From: Anolis carolinensis
Lineage: Eukaryota
NCBI RefSeq assembly: GCF_035594765.1
Contig: NC_085841.1
Coordinates: forward strand, 47,351,636 to 47,415,635
Length of the DNA stretch: 64,000 bases
Reading direction: 5' to 3'
Positions 48,730-62,641 of the stretch are shown here, piece after piece. The notes beneath the pieces were generated by a model. The model ran no database searches, was not told the origin of the DNA, and saw only the letters and a program-made list of their open reading frames with translations. Made by a program: the position numbers and the translations under genes. Each line of letters starts with the position of its first letter. Position 1 is the stretch's first letter.

Positions 48730-50831
48730 TACCTCATCTTTCTTGATGGCCCCTCTCTACATTCACACCTCTGTGTGACTCCATGGGAGTATCAAGGCAG
48801 TGGGAAATGTGTGATAGGAGAAACCTTGCACATTGCTGACTGTTTGCACCCATCATATTCCTAGTTCCCTTTTGCGGTGTTCAGAAAATTTGATTGTAAG
48901 TCTTTGAATCCCCCAACATGATCTGGCCTGAGAGATGCTAAGAGTTGTAGTCCCAAAAAGCTCTGATATTTCCCAGAATGTATTTGGTTCTATAGGTTTC
49001 ACTAGCCTAGAACAGATCCATTTATTAAACAAACAATTTTATCTTAACAGTGCATGTTAATTAATCTACTCTCAACAGATCAACTTCAAATTGGACAAGG
49101 GCAAGTGGAGAAGTCAATCAAATGCTATTGCTAGTTGCTCTGTTAGTGTAATTCTGATTTAATGCCAGTTGACAGACAGTGTTTTGCTCATCATACAGTT
49201 CAGAAGAGGAAATGGGCAACTGGAGATAGAATCGGGAGAGATATTTTCACACTATTGCTTCATAGAGAAAGATAGAAACTAACATTTTACTGAGTTTCAG
49301 TATTGTCATGTGAGATTTTAGACTAATCACAATGTATAATGAATACAAACTTGATATTATTCTTCCCTATAGGGTGCTTTGCTCCCTGAGAAATTATTGC
49401 ATAGAACTGTCCCCATAGTTTGTGCTTGGATTTAATATTGAGTAGGTGTATGTAGAATTGAGCTTGGCTTTACATTGTTGAAAGCTGTTGCAGTGAGGTT
49501 TGTTCCCAACTAATAAACCCATAGAATTTAACTGAGCTTTTTATGCTTCTCAGAAAAACATCCAAATTAGTAATACTCACATTGGATCTCCATTCACTTT
49601 GTTTTGACCCACCTGATGTTTCCCACTCCTGCCATGGCTATCAAGAGCTTACAACATAAAATATCATCTGCACTAAATGATGGTCATGCAAATGATGGAC
49701 TAGCAATTATGAGCCCATGCTGAGCTTGTTTTGGATGACTAGATATTTGCAGTAAAAATGGCAAAGAAATGATTCAATGTGAACTCAATAGCAGTTAATG
49801 AAATGCATCATCACTGAGGATATACTGATATTGCAACAAAACCTACTAATATGTACTTCTAATATTTTCTTTGCTTATTCCAGGTGGCCATGGCGAGCAT
49901 TAATACATACTTATATGCCAGCCCTTGAGCCGTTCATGCCATTGAGATATTGCAGACTATGCTGTCGCTTAAGAGATTACTTAGGATAACAGAAACTATA
50001 TAACTATACCAGTTGCTTATCTTTCCTTAGCATAGGACTACAGAAATGCATGCAAAAGTGGTGGCTCCAGAGAGAAAATGGTGCATAGGCATTAGGCTGT
50101 ACATGCTCTAGTAAACCTCCCTGCATATAGTTATTTTGCAGACTTTTGGCAGAGGTTCTTCAATTCTGAGCTGAAAGCCCCCATGCTCTGTGATCAAATC
50201 CAAATTCTGTGATGGGAAATATTTATATGCTCCATTTGATTAATGCAGCTCTCGATGTTTTGTTGCTCAGGAAATTGGACCCATGGAGAGAACTGAGATT
50301 GCATTAGATCTAGGAAATAATTTTATGGCCCTAGAGATGTTGTTGTTGAACTGCTGCCTCCAGCAGTTTTAACTAGCATATGCAGGGATGAAGAATGGTG
50401 TGGGTTGAAATCCAACAACATCTGGAAAGCCATTCCTGATGTAGTCCCTGTTAACTAGGTTAACTGAGTTTCTTGGTGAGTAGCTTTTTACTGAGTTATG
50501 TGAAATAACACAAACCAGCTAGAACAGGAACAGATGGGCTGAGAAATGGCAAACATGTTTTCCTTCAGTACAACGGAGTTACAAAAGGGCAAGGTTTGTA
50601 TGTGCAAATAGGGTTTGTTGTGTACCTTCAAGTCTTTTCTGACTTTGGGGAGCCTATCATGTTGTTTTTTTTTTTGGGGGGGGGGAATTTATTCAGAGTG
50701 GATTTACCTTTGCTATTCTTTGAGGACAAGGGAGTGGGACTTGTCCCAAAACACCTATGACTGAGTACGATTTGCACCCTTGGTCTCTAAAGTCATTATT
50801 CAAAGCTCAAATCACTACACCATGCTCCCCC

Positions 50832-50894
<63 letters not shown>

Positions 50895-51217
50895 CAGTAG
50901 AGTCTCGCTTATCCAACGTAAACGGGCCGGCAGAACGTTGGATAAGTGAATATGTTGGATAATAAGGAGAGATTAAGGAAAAGCCTATTAAACATTAAAT
51001 TAGGTTATGATTTTACAAATTAAGCATCAAAACATCATGTTATACAACAAATTTGACAGAAAAAGTAGTTCAATACACAGTAATGCTATGTAGTAATTAC
51101 TGTATTTACAAATTTAGCACCAAAATATCATGATGTATTGAAAGCATTGACTACAAAATTGCGTTGGATAATCCAGTATGTTGGATAAGTGAGTGTTGGA
51201 TAAGTGAGACTCTACTG
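50895..51217. mobile_element. Tc1/mariner-pogo MITE inserted in a (TA)n microsatellite
   Basis: TIR CAGTAGAGTCTC(G/A)CTTATCCAAC at both ends, TA TSD, internal ttggataa repeats. Flanked by (CT)n(TA)n and (CA)n. Confidence 0.92.
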
Positions 51218-54200
51218 TATACACACACACACACACACACACGTGAATGACTGACATTCCTTCCTATCAGAAAGAAATATCTAAGCACTTGTGGGACAGA
51301 TTATAGTGGGGGAAAACATGCCGTTGGCTATCTGACCTCCATTGACCTGGATCACATGGCTTAATGCTGAACACTGCAAGAATCAGACATGTAAGGATTT
51401 ATTTTTAATATACATACCTATCCTGTTCTAGCCTGGAGATAATACAGTGTATATTCCATTGTGACAGGTGTTTCAGTAGAATCTATATTAGTCACTGGCA
51501 ATATGCAATCCTCCAGATGTTGTGAGATTGTAATTCCCCCCAGACCTGTGTGGCATAACTAGCAGTAAGGAAATATGGGAATTGTGGTCTCCAAACATCT
51601 GGAAGGTTGCAAACTTCTTCCCCTGATTTTTATAAAAGCCCACTGTGTCATTATAGAATAGGAATGGATGGAGCCTTGTGAACAAAAGGCGTGGGAAAGC
51701 TTTTTATTAAAGTGCCGCTTTATTCTCACAAACAGGCTGATTGCTTTCTGGTTAGTAAGAACTGTATCATCACTGCTGAACAATGATTTCTGGGGAGGGG
51801 ATTTGATACCATCATCAGTGGTTACATGTCCCCAGAATCATGTCCGCTTAATGAGTGGTGCTTTTTTGCTGGCTATGACTCGTTGTGCGCTTTCAAGTCC
51901 TTTCAGTCCTAAGACAAACCATGGGGTTTTCTCTGCAAGATTTGACCAGAAGGAGATTTCCCCTTCCCTTCCTCTGAATTTCAGAGTTTGTGTTTGGCGT
52001 GCTCAAGATCACCCAGGGTTTTTCTTTGGCCAAGCAGAGATTCAGACCCTGGCCTCCAGAGTTATAGTCCAGCGCACAACCTACTTCACAATGCTGTGAT
52101 TTGCAAGATGCTAAATCTAGTGGTTCCTATGAATGTAAGTGTATTTATGGGCAGAAGCATGAACATTTCCTATTGGCAAAGGGATGGATGTAAAGCACAT
52201 TTAGCAAAATGTGGGGAAAATGGAGGAGTACAAAAATGTACAGTGGTTTCTTGTTACTGTTTAATTTAGATAAAACTAATAAATTTCTGGGCAGGAAGCC
52301 TCTAGGAGAAAGGGTTATAAGACAAGCACTTGGGCCAAAAGCACATCTCGAGAGGTAAATTGCAAAATGATGAAAGAATATCATCTAGCTGTTGTCATTA
52401 GACAGTGGCCTGGAAAAATAAATACGGAATTGATGGCAATAGTGTAATTACCAAGTGGGAATGTTTATCCTCTTTATGAGCTGAGTGGCAATATCCATGG
52501 CAGTGTTATGGTGGCAAATGAATTTGAAAATTAAGCAGCAGAGCAGCAAGCATTCTGCTTGGCAGGAATATTGCACCAAAACAATTCCAGGCTTCCATAC
52601 TTATACATCTATAACCTAAAAATGGCATGAGAGGAGTATGGTATATATGAGGACTGTGAAGGCCAGGTGTAATACTAGGGTATTTTATACAGCTGTACTA
52701 TTATGTGGCTGAGTTACAAGACTTGCAAGCTACAAGCGCCTTTGCTTAGATACAGCTGAGTGAGGCATCTGAGCTCAGAGAATAAGAAGAGTGCATTGAC
52801 TATAGATCGCAACCCACTTACTGTGCTAACTTGTCTTACTCTGTTCACTTGTGTTCTGATCCAATTAAGGTTACTCTAATTAGTTTGCAAGGCATATTTG
52901 ACTTATTGGATTTCCCAAGATATAATGGCTTGCTACTTGCAAGTCTTTAAGTTGCACCTGCTCACTTTAACTGACACAAACAAGGTTTTCCTTTTTTAAA
53001 AAAATAAAAAAAAATACAATCTAATTAGATTTGCAGAAGCTGAAAATAGCTACAGGTAAGGTCGGCATTGTGTAGGATTGGCCATTTTAAATGGAAAACA
53101 GCTTATGTGACGAGCTGTGATAGGAAGGGGCAGGGAATACATTTAGGCATACAGATCAGATCCTCGGTTGCTTTTTTAAAAAAAACTAATGAAGTTAAAA
53201 AAAAAAAAGAACACCCAAGGACAGATTCCAGAAGCACAGCAATGTCGTTCCCAATCAGATGAGAGAAAAGGAATTCTGTGACACCTTTAGAGAATAACTA
53301 ACTCATTAGTTGCAAGGTCTTGAAGGCAACAGTATATTCTTTTGACATTTGATGTAGATTGAAAAAGAAGTCGGTTAGTTGTGCATTCAGGTAAGTTGGA
53401 ATGTACTGTAGGGTAGGATAGCTAAAGCGAACAAGTAAGACCCAAACCAGTAATGGATGTTGCATTGAGTGACTTAAGACTAAGCTACACGCTATGTAAA
53501 ATATGGAGGGTGTACTTTAACAACTCCCCCCCATACCTTTAAAAAAAATGACCGACATGGAAGTGTATGAATAATTTTGAAATTATACCTAAATTCAAAG
53601 GTTTACAGATTTCTGTACCCAACTGATGGTTTCAGTCCATATTGGGCTGCATGTAGAAAGAAGTTGAAGACCTGGCTACGCGTGCAAGCATTTAATGAAT
53701 GAACTCAGCGTTGACATGGATTGGATTAAGGCTTTTGCACAAGGTCTGATGGATGATTGGCATATATATTCATTGTTGCACTGTGTTAAATCTTTTATAT
53801 ATTGTATTTTACTATGTTATTTAACTATTTTAACTGTTTTATTCTTATTTTATTGTATTATGATGTACTGGTAGTGATCCTGCCAGTTGTGTAAGCCGCC
53901 CTGAGTCCCCTCGGGGAGAAGGGCGGGGTAGAAATATTGGAAATAAAATAAATAAATAATGTGTTTACATGATGCCCAAAGAAGGGGATGCTCTTGAATT
54001 GCTTGCTGTTCACAGAATGTAGTTTAACTCCTAGGATATACAGTAATCCTATACCCACTTACTTTGGTGTGAGACCTACTCAGCTCACATAATACTGCAC
54101 TCTTGATCATTCTCCATCTGCTTACACTTTTGGTATGTGATACCCCAAGGTGGAAACCTAGGCATTTCTGTAGCAGCATAATCCATGAGTTTGACATAAA

Positions 54201-54531
54201 GATGCAGTCTATGCATCTCTAGAGGAACACATGTATGTTTTCCCTTGCAGAGAAAGCACAAACAAGATTTGAAGCTGCTTTTGAATCTACTATTGATATT
54301 TCACTGTAAACGCCCCAAGCCATTTCTGAAGACAGATGTGCCCTACTCCTGCTAAATATATGCTGTATAAATCTTGAAGGATTTATCACAAGGGCGCCGC
54401 AAGCATGTGAGAACACATAACCCCCTACTATGCAAAAACACAAAATAATGGGACTCATCCCCCTACTTTCCTATTTCATCAATGCCTCTCAAATATGTAA
54501 TACTCTTCTATTACTACAATCCAATTGCTGC

Positions 54532-54675
54532 CTCAGAGTGTGGTGGAGGCTCTTCCTTTGAAGGCTTTTAAACAGAGTCTGGATGGCCATCTGTCAGGGG
54601 TGCTTTGATTGTGCATTTCCTGTATAGCAGGACTGGATAGCCTATGTGATCTCTTCCAACTGTATGATTCTATGA
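54532..54675 (+). mobile_element. CR1 3' fragment
   Basis: Matches the 3' end of the long CR1 and ends gattctatga. Another remnant at ~29955-30010 (-). Confidence 0.85.
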
Positions 54676-55307
54676 ACCATTTAATCAGGTTTCAGTTATG
54701 TGCATTATATTTGCTTGTTAATTTCCAAATTCATATTGTTTATTATAATTTGCCCAGTATAACATTTGGACTATTATCTCCAACAGTTAATGAACGCTTG
54801 CCCTCAAGAATACTGTTCCACTCCCACATAACTCAGTTTAAAGCCTTTCTGATCACATTTGTGAGCCTCTTAGAAAAAGCGGCCCTGATAACCGTTGTGC
54901 TGTGTAAGCCATCACTTGTTAAAAGTTCATATTCATGAAACCACAGACCATAGTCTACAAGTTGAGGGCAGGTTTTGGTACCAAAATTATGGATTTTGAT
55001 ATGGATAAGTCAAGGGTCATTTTATGGAGAGGGAAAAACACCAGTGTTGCCTCAGTGGCCAGCTGCCACTATCATTTTCCCATATCACACAATCTATATT
55101 GGGGTCAGTCTGTAAGCCAGAAGTGATTTAGGTACTAGAGACAAGAAGGTATTTTGTATTTTGTCCAGTCTGAGACAGAAAATCTGCCTACAAAGACAGC
55201 ATTCAGTTAATAGAAGGCATTTCTAGGCCATGAAACACTGCAAATATTTGCAACTTTACTCAAAATTGAGACATTATAATGTTTCCTTTGGAATGTCATT
55301 TGGTTTT

Positions 55308-55763
55308 TGTGAGGATTTGTAAAAAGACACCATGATGGAATGGGTTGACTGGAAAGGCATGTGTTGACACCTGATTGGCTGAGCCACCCAGGAGCCAGAA
55401 TTCCAATTGGCTACTGTCTAGCTTGCTGCCGAGACAAATGGTTTTAACTGCCACTTTCACCTCAGAGAGTTAAGAGAGCGCTGAAGGAAGGAAATGGCTG
55501 CCAACTCTCTGAAACTTGGTTATTTATAAGGCAAATGAGGCATACTTAAAGACTGTAAAAAAAGGGACAGTTTATTCCCTCTGTTCTCTGTGTGAATTCA
55601 GAGAGACTACTGTATATATTGGTGCCCTGTTTGAACTTTTGAACAAAGTAAAGATACTGTTACTTGTTACACAAGCCTGAGTGACACTTTATTATACTGC
55701 AGGGTATATCTTGGTTCAGAAACTATGGTAAAGCATCTATTTATTTTTCTACAACCTGTAACA
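55308..55763 (+). mobile_element. Solo LTR, 456 bp
   Basis: TGT...ACA termini with 5-bp TSD GTTTT (55303-55307 and 55764-55768). Two ATTGG boxes (~55374, ~55406), AGTAAA polyA-like signal at ~55647. Confidence 0.7.
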
Positions 55764-56704
55764 GTTTTGTATGTCTTAAAAGAGTAGCAAATCTTTAGCT
55801 GTTTGTTTATTTTGTTGGTGTTGTATTTTCACTGACAGGGAGAGAGAAGGAGCACTTGTGGGATTTTGCCCCAGGTGCCAAAGAAACATGATATTTTGAT
55901 TAGGGTTGGAGGTGGGTAGACTGGGAAATGTCTTGGAACAGCCACTGTATCTTATGACATGTTCCTCTGCCGACTCAGACCTCTCTGAAAATCTCTGTTC
56001 ATCTTTATTTTGTACATTACATCCTCCAAATTTTTATAATTTAACCTATGAATTTACAACTGATTGCTGTGTGATATTGTGCCATAAAACCACCCTGTAT
56101 ATCATATCTGTTTCAGCCCACATGGATCTTCTGGTAACACATGACAGATTAGGATCTGTCATTATAATTGCTATTGATATTAAATTGATGTGTTGAAAAT
56201 CTGTTAGGGAATTATTCTTTCTTGGTTAATCTGGATCTGCATATCACTATGGCCTTTGAGACACTAATGCTACCAGAAAGTGTAATAAATACTTCGGAAA
56301 TATTACTCCTGTGGAGGGATGATGCCTTTTATGAGAAAAATAATGGGGAAGGGATAGAAAACAGCATTTATGCAGTTGCTCATGCAGTTTTCCTGCCCTG
56401 CCTCTTATGGGAAGGAGGAGAATATTGGAAAGGAGGTATGGCTTCTTTGGCTGGGAACCTGAACTGGATAATGTCCTGCTGCAACATTTTTGTTGCAAGT
56501 CCCACTTGTGAAAACCCAAAGTCCAGGAAGAGCTGCATTATTAAAATGTGAACTGTGTCTCTTACAATGTGAAGACATTTCCTCTGTCCTTTCTTAGAAC
56601 CAAAACTGTACCTCACTTAAACTGGCAAATCAGAATAATTAGTATGGACACATTGCATTGGCCAGTCAATTCCAAAAGGTGACTAGCAGAAATTGGTGAT
56701 CCAC

Positions 56705-57751
56705 TAGTGGTGTGTGAAATTCTGGTGGTCAATTCGAAATTTGGCCAAATTCAGCCATCCATAGATAAAAATGGCTGAAATAAAATGCTGGAAGCCCCCC
56801 CCCCCCCCATCCAAACAGAACAAAGCAGCCCCCTTCCCATGAAATTCCAGAAAAAGTCCATTTCCAAGTTGAAGCAGGCATTATGTCTCCATCGGGGTGA
56901 TGGGGCTGAGTGCAGATGTATTTTCTTCATCACATGGTCCTTTTCCCTGCAAGCCATTTCCTCCTCTCTTAGTAGGATAATTTTTTTTTAAATCCATGAA
57001 GTGTTCTGAAACTAGGGAGGAATGATGTCCTAAATATGTCATCTCATTGTCCAGAACTTCCAGGGGATCCCTCCTGTAGTTTTTTAAAAATGTGATTTGT
57101 AAAAACTTTTAAAAATTCCAAAAAAAATCAATGGATGAGTAAGTAAGTAAGTAACTTTATTTTTCTATCCCACCACCATCTCCTGTCAGGGACTCGGGGC
57201 GGCTAACACGGGACAAAAACCCGAAAATACAAACAGGTAAAACAGTTAAAACATGTTACGATAAAATACAGTAAAATCGACAATTATACAAACAGATCCC
57301 TTAAGCAAACAATGCAATAGACCATCAAAACTCGATTAACAATTAAAATCAAATCAAAATAACATAGAATAATGGATCAACCAGGTTGGTGGAGGGGATA
57401 GCATGGAGGGGCCACTTGACTAAAGTGCAAAAATATGGTTCGAAAGTACTTTGGGTCAAGGACAAAGTGCAAACGTTCTGAAACTTGGCAGGCTTTTGGT
57501 TGTAAATGTGTCCAACAAGTGTCCCAGATTTCATCTCAATAGCCATAAAATGACGGAGAAACACGCCTTTAAATGTCTCCCTTTGCCACCAACAGGACAA
57601 AACTAACGAAACAATAACAAAACTTCAGAAATTCGGATTTGAAATGACCCCCCCCCCCCCCCAGTTTTGAAAAATTTTCAAAATGAAACAAGGGCCATCC
57701 AAATTTCAAAACAAAATTTAAAACGGATTTCTGCCATTTTGCACACCCCTA
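56705..57751. mobile_element. Non-autonomous hAT element with nested L2 3' end (~57140-57460)
   Basis: TIR TAGTGGTGTGTG / TGCACACCCCTA. 8-bp TSD TGATCCAC/TGCACCAC (6 of 8 match). Confidence 0.7.
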
Positions 57752-59530
57752 TGCACCACCGATAATGATGCAGCACATAAGACCAATTCATATGTGACAC
57801 TGTTGAAGGGATGCCACATGAACACACTCTCCTCTGTAATGCTGTAAAGCTTCTAGGGGTGATGAGCTTTTTCCCATAGAGATCAAAGTGGGCAATCAGA
57901 TATTGAGACCCATCTTATTGCTTCATGAGCCATTTCTGGTAAGCTCATCTCAGTCACAGCTTCTTGCATGTTTTGCTTCAGCCCCTAGCAATGACAGCTA
58001 GTAGCTTCCATGTCAGTGTAGCAGTATTAGGCTAAACTTTAAATGTTCAGTCCAAGATGCTGAACCTATTTTAGAAGCAAGGGCACACCTACACAGTACA
58101 ATTAATGAAGTTTGATCCAACTTTAACTGCCATAGGTCAATGCTATGGATTAATTGAAGGTATAGTTTGGTGAGGCACCATTCTGGCAGAGAAGGCTAAA
58201 GACCTTATAAAACCATATCTGCTATGACCCCATAGTATTAAGTCATTGCAATTAAAGTGATGTCAATCTGCATTAATTCTACAGTGTAGACACATATGAA
58301 GATGATATACCTTAGATATTTATTTTAAAGCTTGGAGTAAAACTCAAGCGAATTTACTTTCCCACTGATGTGGAAGTCTCCAGCTGCCACATCTTGTAAG
58401 TTCGGGGGAGGGGGGTGCAATGGAAACTGATTTTAAAAAGTGATTCATAGTCAGAGAGAAATATGGATGAAAGACATGAGATGTAGGAATATCAGCTGCT
58501 TGCTTCAGTGAAAGATGCAGAGTTATCCCCACATGCATGCATGCATGCATGCATACAAGCATTTGGCTTTCTGACATAAATGACAAGATTGTGGCACCTC
58601 TAGGTCATGTACATAAGCCAATTTGACTTAGCAGGTGCATCTTCAACACTGCTAGTGGAATAATCACCTCTATCCTGACTTCAAGGAAGCCAATGGTTTA
58701 GATGCAGGACAGGTTGTGCAGCATGTACAGCTCTTTTGATCAAGAGAAGATAATAACACTGGTGTCATCCAGAATGTATGGTCTTCTTCTGCCTGATGGT
58801 AGGACTGGCCCTACATAGATGTCTTATTTACAGTCATACTGTTGTATGACTATAAGGCTTCATAAAACACTGTTTGTTTTGCTTGTGAGGATAAAGATTA
58901 GTTTTATTCATTACAAGAAACAATAAGTCTTGTTTCACGGCTGATGTTCGAGAGTTAAACATTGCCAGGGCAGAGATGGTTTGGTGCAAAGAATTGAAAA
59001 TATCAAGAGAATGCAGATACATAATGCTCATTCATGTAAGCATGACTCATAACCGGATTCATCAAAGCCATGGTGAATTTCAGAGTGATTGCCAGAATTT
59101 CTTGGCTCAGGATTTTGAAATGGCAATGCTATGCTATTCGAACCAAATTAAATTATACAAAATGGCAGAAAGTTAAACTTTAATGGGATGTTTAAATCTA
59201 TTCCATACCTCAATTAAAAAGTGAAGCATCGTGATCAGGGAGAACAATCTTACCACATACCTCAGCATCTCAGAATCTGTCAACTTTCAGGTGTGAGAAA
59301 AACACCACCTGTGATCTGATATATCTGTAATAAGGATATGTAACCAATTTTTTTTCAGACCTCACTGTGGCTGGATATGCAATGCCATATAATATGGTTT
59401 CCAAATGCAGATTATCTACTTTGAACTGGATTATATGAGTCTACACTGCCATGTAATCCAGTTCAAATAAAATAATCTGCATTCAGAAACTGGATTATAT
59501 GGCAGTGTAGATGGGGTCCGAGTTAACACT

Positions 59531-62500
59531 CATAGAATCATAGAATCATAGAATAGTAGAGTTGGAAGAGACCTCATGGGCCATCCAGTCCAACCCCCTG
59601 CTAAGAAGCAGGAAATCGCATTCAAAGCACCCCCGACAGATGGCCATCCAGCCTCTGCTTAAAAGCCTCCAAAGAAGGAGCCTCCACCACGGCCCGGGGG
59701 AGAGAGTTCCACTGTCAAACAGCTCTCACAGTGAGGAAGTTCTTCCTGATGTTCAGGTGGAATCTCCTTTCCTGTAGTTTGAAGCCATTGTTCCGTGTCC
59801 TAGTCTGCAGGGCAGCAGAAAACAAGCTTGCTCCCTCCTCCCTATGACTTCCCTTCACGTATTTGTACATGGCTATCATGTCTCCTCTCAGCCTTCTCTT
59901 CTGCAGGCTAAACATGCCCAGCTCTTTAAGCCGCTCCTCATAGGGCTTGTTCTCCAGACCCTTAATCATTTTAGTCGCCCTCCTCTGGACGCTTTCCAGC
60001 TTGTCAACATCTCCCTTCAACTGCGGTGCCCAAAGTTGGACACAGTATTCCAGGTGTGGTCTGACCAAGGCAGAATAGAGGGGGAGCATGACTTCCCTGG
60101 ATCTAGACACTATTCCCCTATTGATGCAGGCCAGAATCCCGTTGGCTTTTTTAGCTGCCACATCACATTGTTGGCTCATGTTTAACTTGTTGTCCATGAC
60201 GACTCCAAGGTCTTTTTCGCACACACTGCTGTCAAGCCAGGCGTCCCCCATTCTGTATCTTTGATTTCCATTTTTTCTGCCGAAGTGAAGTATCTTGCAT
60301 TCGTCCCCTGTTGAACTTCATTTTGTTAGTTTCGGCCCATCTCTCTAGTCTGTCAAGATCATTCTGAATTCTGCTCCTGTCTTCTGGATTGTTAGCTATC
60401 CCTCCCAGTATTGTGTCGTCTGCAAACTTGATGATTGTGCCTTCTAACCCTTCGTCTAAGTCGTTAATAAAGATGTTGAACAGAACCGGGCCCAGGACGG
60501 ACCCCTGCGGCACTCCACTTGTCACTTCTTTCCATGATGAAGACGATGCATTGGTGAGCACCCTTTCGGTTCGTTCACTTATCCAATTACAGATCCACCT
60601 AACCGTAGTTTTGTCTAGCCCACATTTTACTAGTTTGTTTGCCAGAAGGTCGTGGGGGACTTTGTCGAAGGCCTTACTGAAATCCAGGTACGCTACATCC
60701 ACAGCATTCCCTGTATCGACCCAACTCGTAACTCTATCGAAAAAAGAGATCAGATAAGTCTGGCATGACTTGTTTTTGGTAAATCCGTGTTGACAATTAG
60801 CAATGACCACATTTGTTTCTAAGTGTTCGCAGACCACTTCCTTAATGATCATTTCCAGAATCTTGCCTGGTATCGATGTGAGGCTGACTGGACGGTAATT
60901 GTTTGGGTCGTTCTTTTTTCCCTTCTTGAAGATAGGGACCACATTCGCCCTCCTCCAATCTGCTGGGACTTCTCCCGTTCTCCAAGAACTCTCAAAGATA
61001 ATTGTCAGTGGTTCTGAAATAACCTCAGCTAATTTCTTCAATACTCTTGGATGTAGCTGATCTGGCCCTGGGGACTTGAATTCGTTTAGAGCAGCCAGGT
61101 GTTCCTGGACAACTTGTTTCCCTATTTGGGGTTGGATTTCCCCCAATCCTTCGTCCATTCCATGTTGCTGAGGTTGAAGATGGCTTTCTTTTTGTGAGAA
61201 GACCGAGGCAAAGAAGGCATTAAGCAGTTCTGCCTTTTCCCTATCCCCTGTCGCCATCACCCCATCTTCTCCTTGCAGTGGCCCTATCGCCTCCTTTTTC
61301 TTCCTTTTTCTACCAACGTAAGCAAAAAAGCCTTTTTTGTTGTTTTTTATGTCCCTGGCAAGCCTGAGCTCATTTTGCGCTTTAGCCTTACGAACCTTTT
61401 CCCTACAGGAGTTGGCTATACGTTTGAATTCTTCTTTGGTGATTTCTCCCCTTTTCCACTTCTTGTGCATGTCACTTTTGAGCTTTAGCTCAGTTAGAAG
61501 TTCTTTGGACATCCATTCTGGCTTCTTTGCACTTGTCTTATTTTTCTTCTTTGTTGGCACTGTTTGCATTTGCGCCTTGAGTATTTCACTTTTGAAAAAC
61601 TCCCATCCATCCTTAACTCCCTTGTTTTTTAATATCGGCGTCCATGGAATGCTGCTCAGTAATTCCTTCATTTTTTGGAAGTCAGCTCTCTTAAAGTCTA
61701 GAATGCGTGTTTGACATGTCTTAGTTTCAGCATTCCTTTGTATTGAAAACTGCAAGAGCACATGGTCACTTGCCCCTAAGGATCCAACCACTTCAACTGT
61801 ATTGATCAGGTCTTCCACATTTGTTAAGATTAGATCAAGAGTTGCTGATCCCCTTATTGCCTCTTCTACCTTCTGGACCATAAAATTGTCTGCAAGGCAA
61901 GTGAGGAATTTGTTGGACTTTGTACCCTTGGCTGAGTTTGTTTTCCAGCAGATATCGGGATAACTGAAATTGCCCATGACTACTATATCTCTTCTTTGTG
62001 CCTGTTTGGTCAGCTGTTGACAGAAGGCTTCATCAAGTCCTTCATCCTGACTCGGAGGTCTGTAGTAGACACCCACGACAAGATCTTTTTGAGTCCCGGT
62101 TCCCTTGATTCTTATCCAGATGCTTTCAAGCTGGTTTCCCGGATTACAGTCTTGCATTTCTTCTGCAAGGTAACTGTTTTTGACATATAAAGCTACTCCC
62201 CCTCCTCTCCCCTTTGTTCTATTTCTGTGAAAGAGGTTATAGCCCTCAATGGCTACATTCCAGTGATGGGAGTCATCCCACCAGGTTTCAGTGATGCCTA
62301 TGACATCGTATGTGTGGTGCTGTGCTAAGAGTTGGAGTTCGTCTTGCTTATTTCCCATGCTCTGAGCATTGGTGTAAAGACATGTAAGCCCCTGTGGCCT
62401 CCCCTCGAGCTGTTTATTTGGGATTATTGTGCTCTCTGTACTTGGTCCTTGCTGTGTTTGTGCAGCCCTCCGTTTAGCCTTTTGGCGGTTCCCTGTGGTC

Positions 62501-62641
62501 GTGGGTAATATAGTGTTCGCCAGGCTGTTGTTCCCCTCCCCCAGTGGATCTAGTTTAAAGTGCGCCTGATGAGGTTTGTGAGTCTGTGTGCAAAAAGATG
62601 TTTTCCTACTTGTGTGAGATGCACCCCATCACTTGCCAGTA
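59531..62641 (-). mobile_element. Young 5'-truncated CR1 LINE: ORF1 3' end, ORF2 (APE endonuclease plus RT), 3' UTR and (GATTCTAT)n tail
   Basis: ORF1 end [29 protein letters not shown]2 motifs [31 protein letters not shown]. Three CATAGAAT repeats at 59531-59554. Confidence 0.97.
59715..62358 (-). pseudogene. CR1 ORF2 with one +1 frameshift (~60305-60308) and a late premature stop (59715-59717)
   Basis: The 708-aa and 178-aa ORFs join if one G is removed from AGGGGAC, giving [19 protein letters not shown] at the RAV-R codon position, after which the frame continues QWNSLPRAVVEAPSLEAFKQRLD. Confidence 0.9.

Noticed and set aside
59844-62190. Plus-strand ORFs over the CR1
   Set aside because: Antisense shadows of ORF2.
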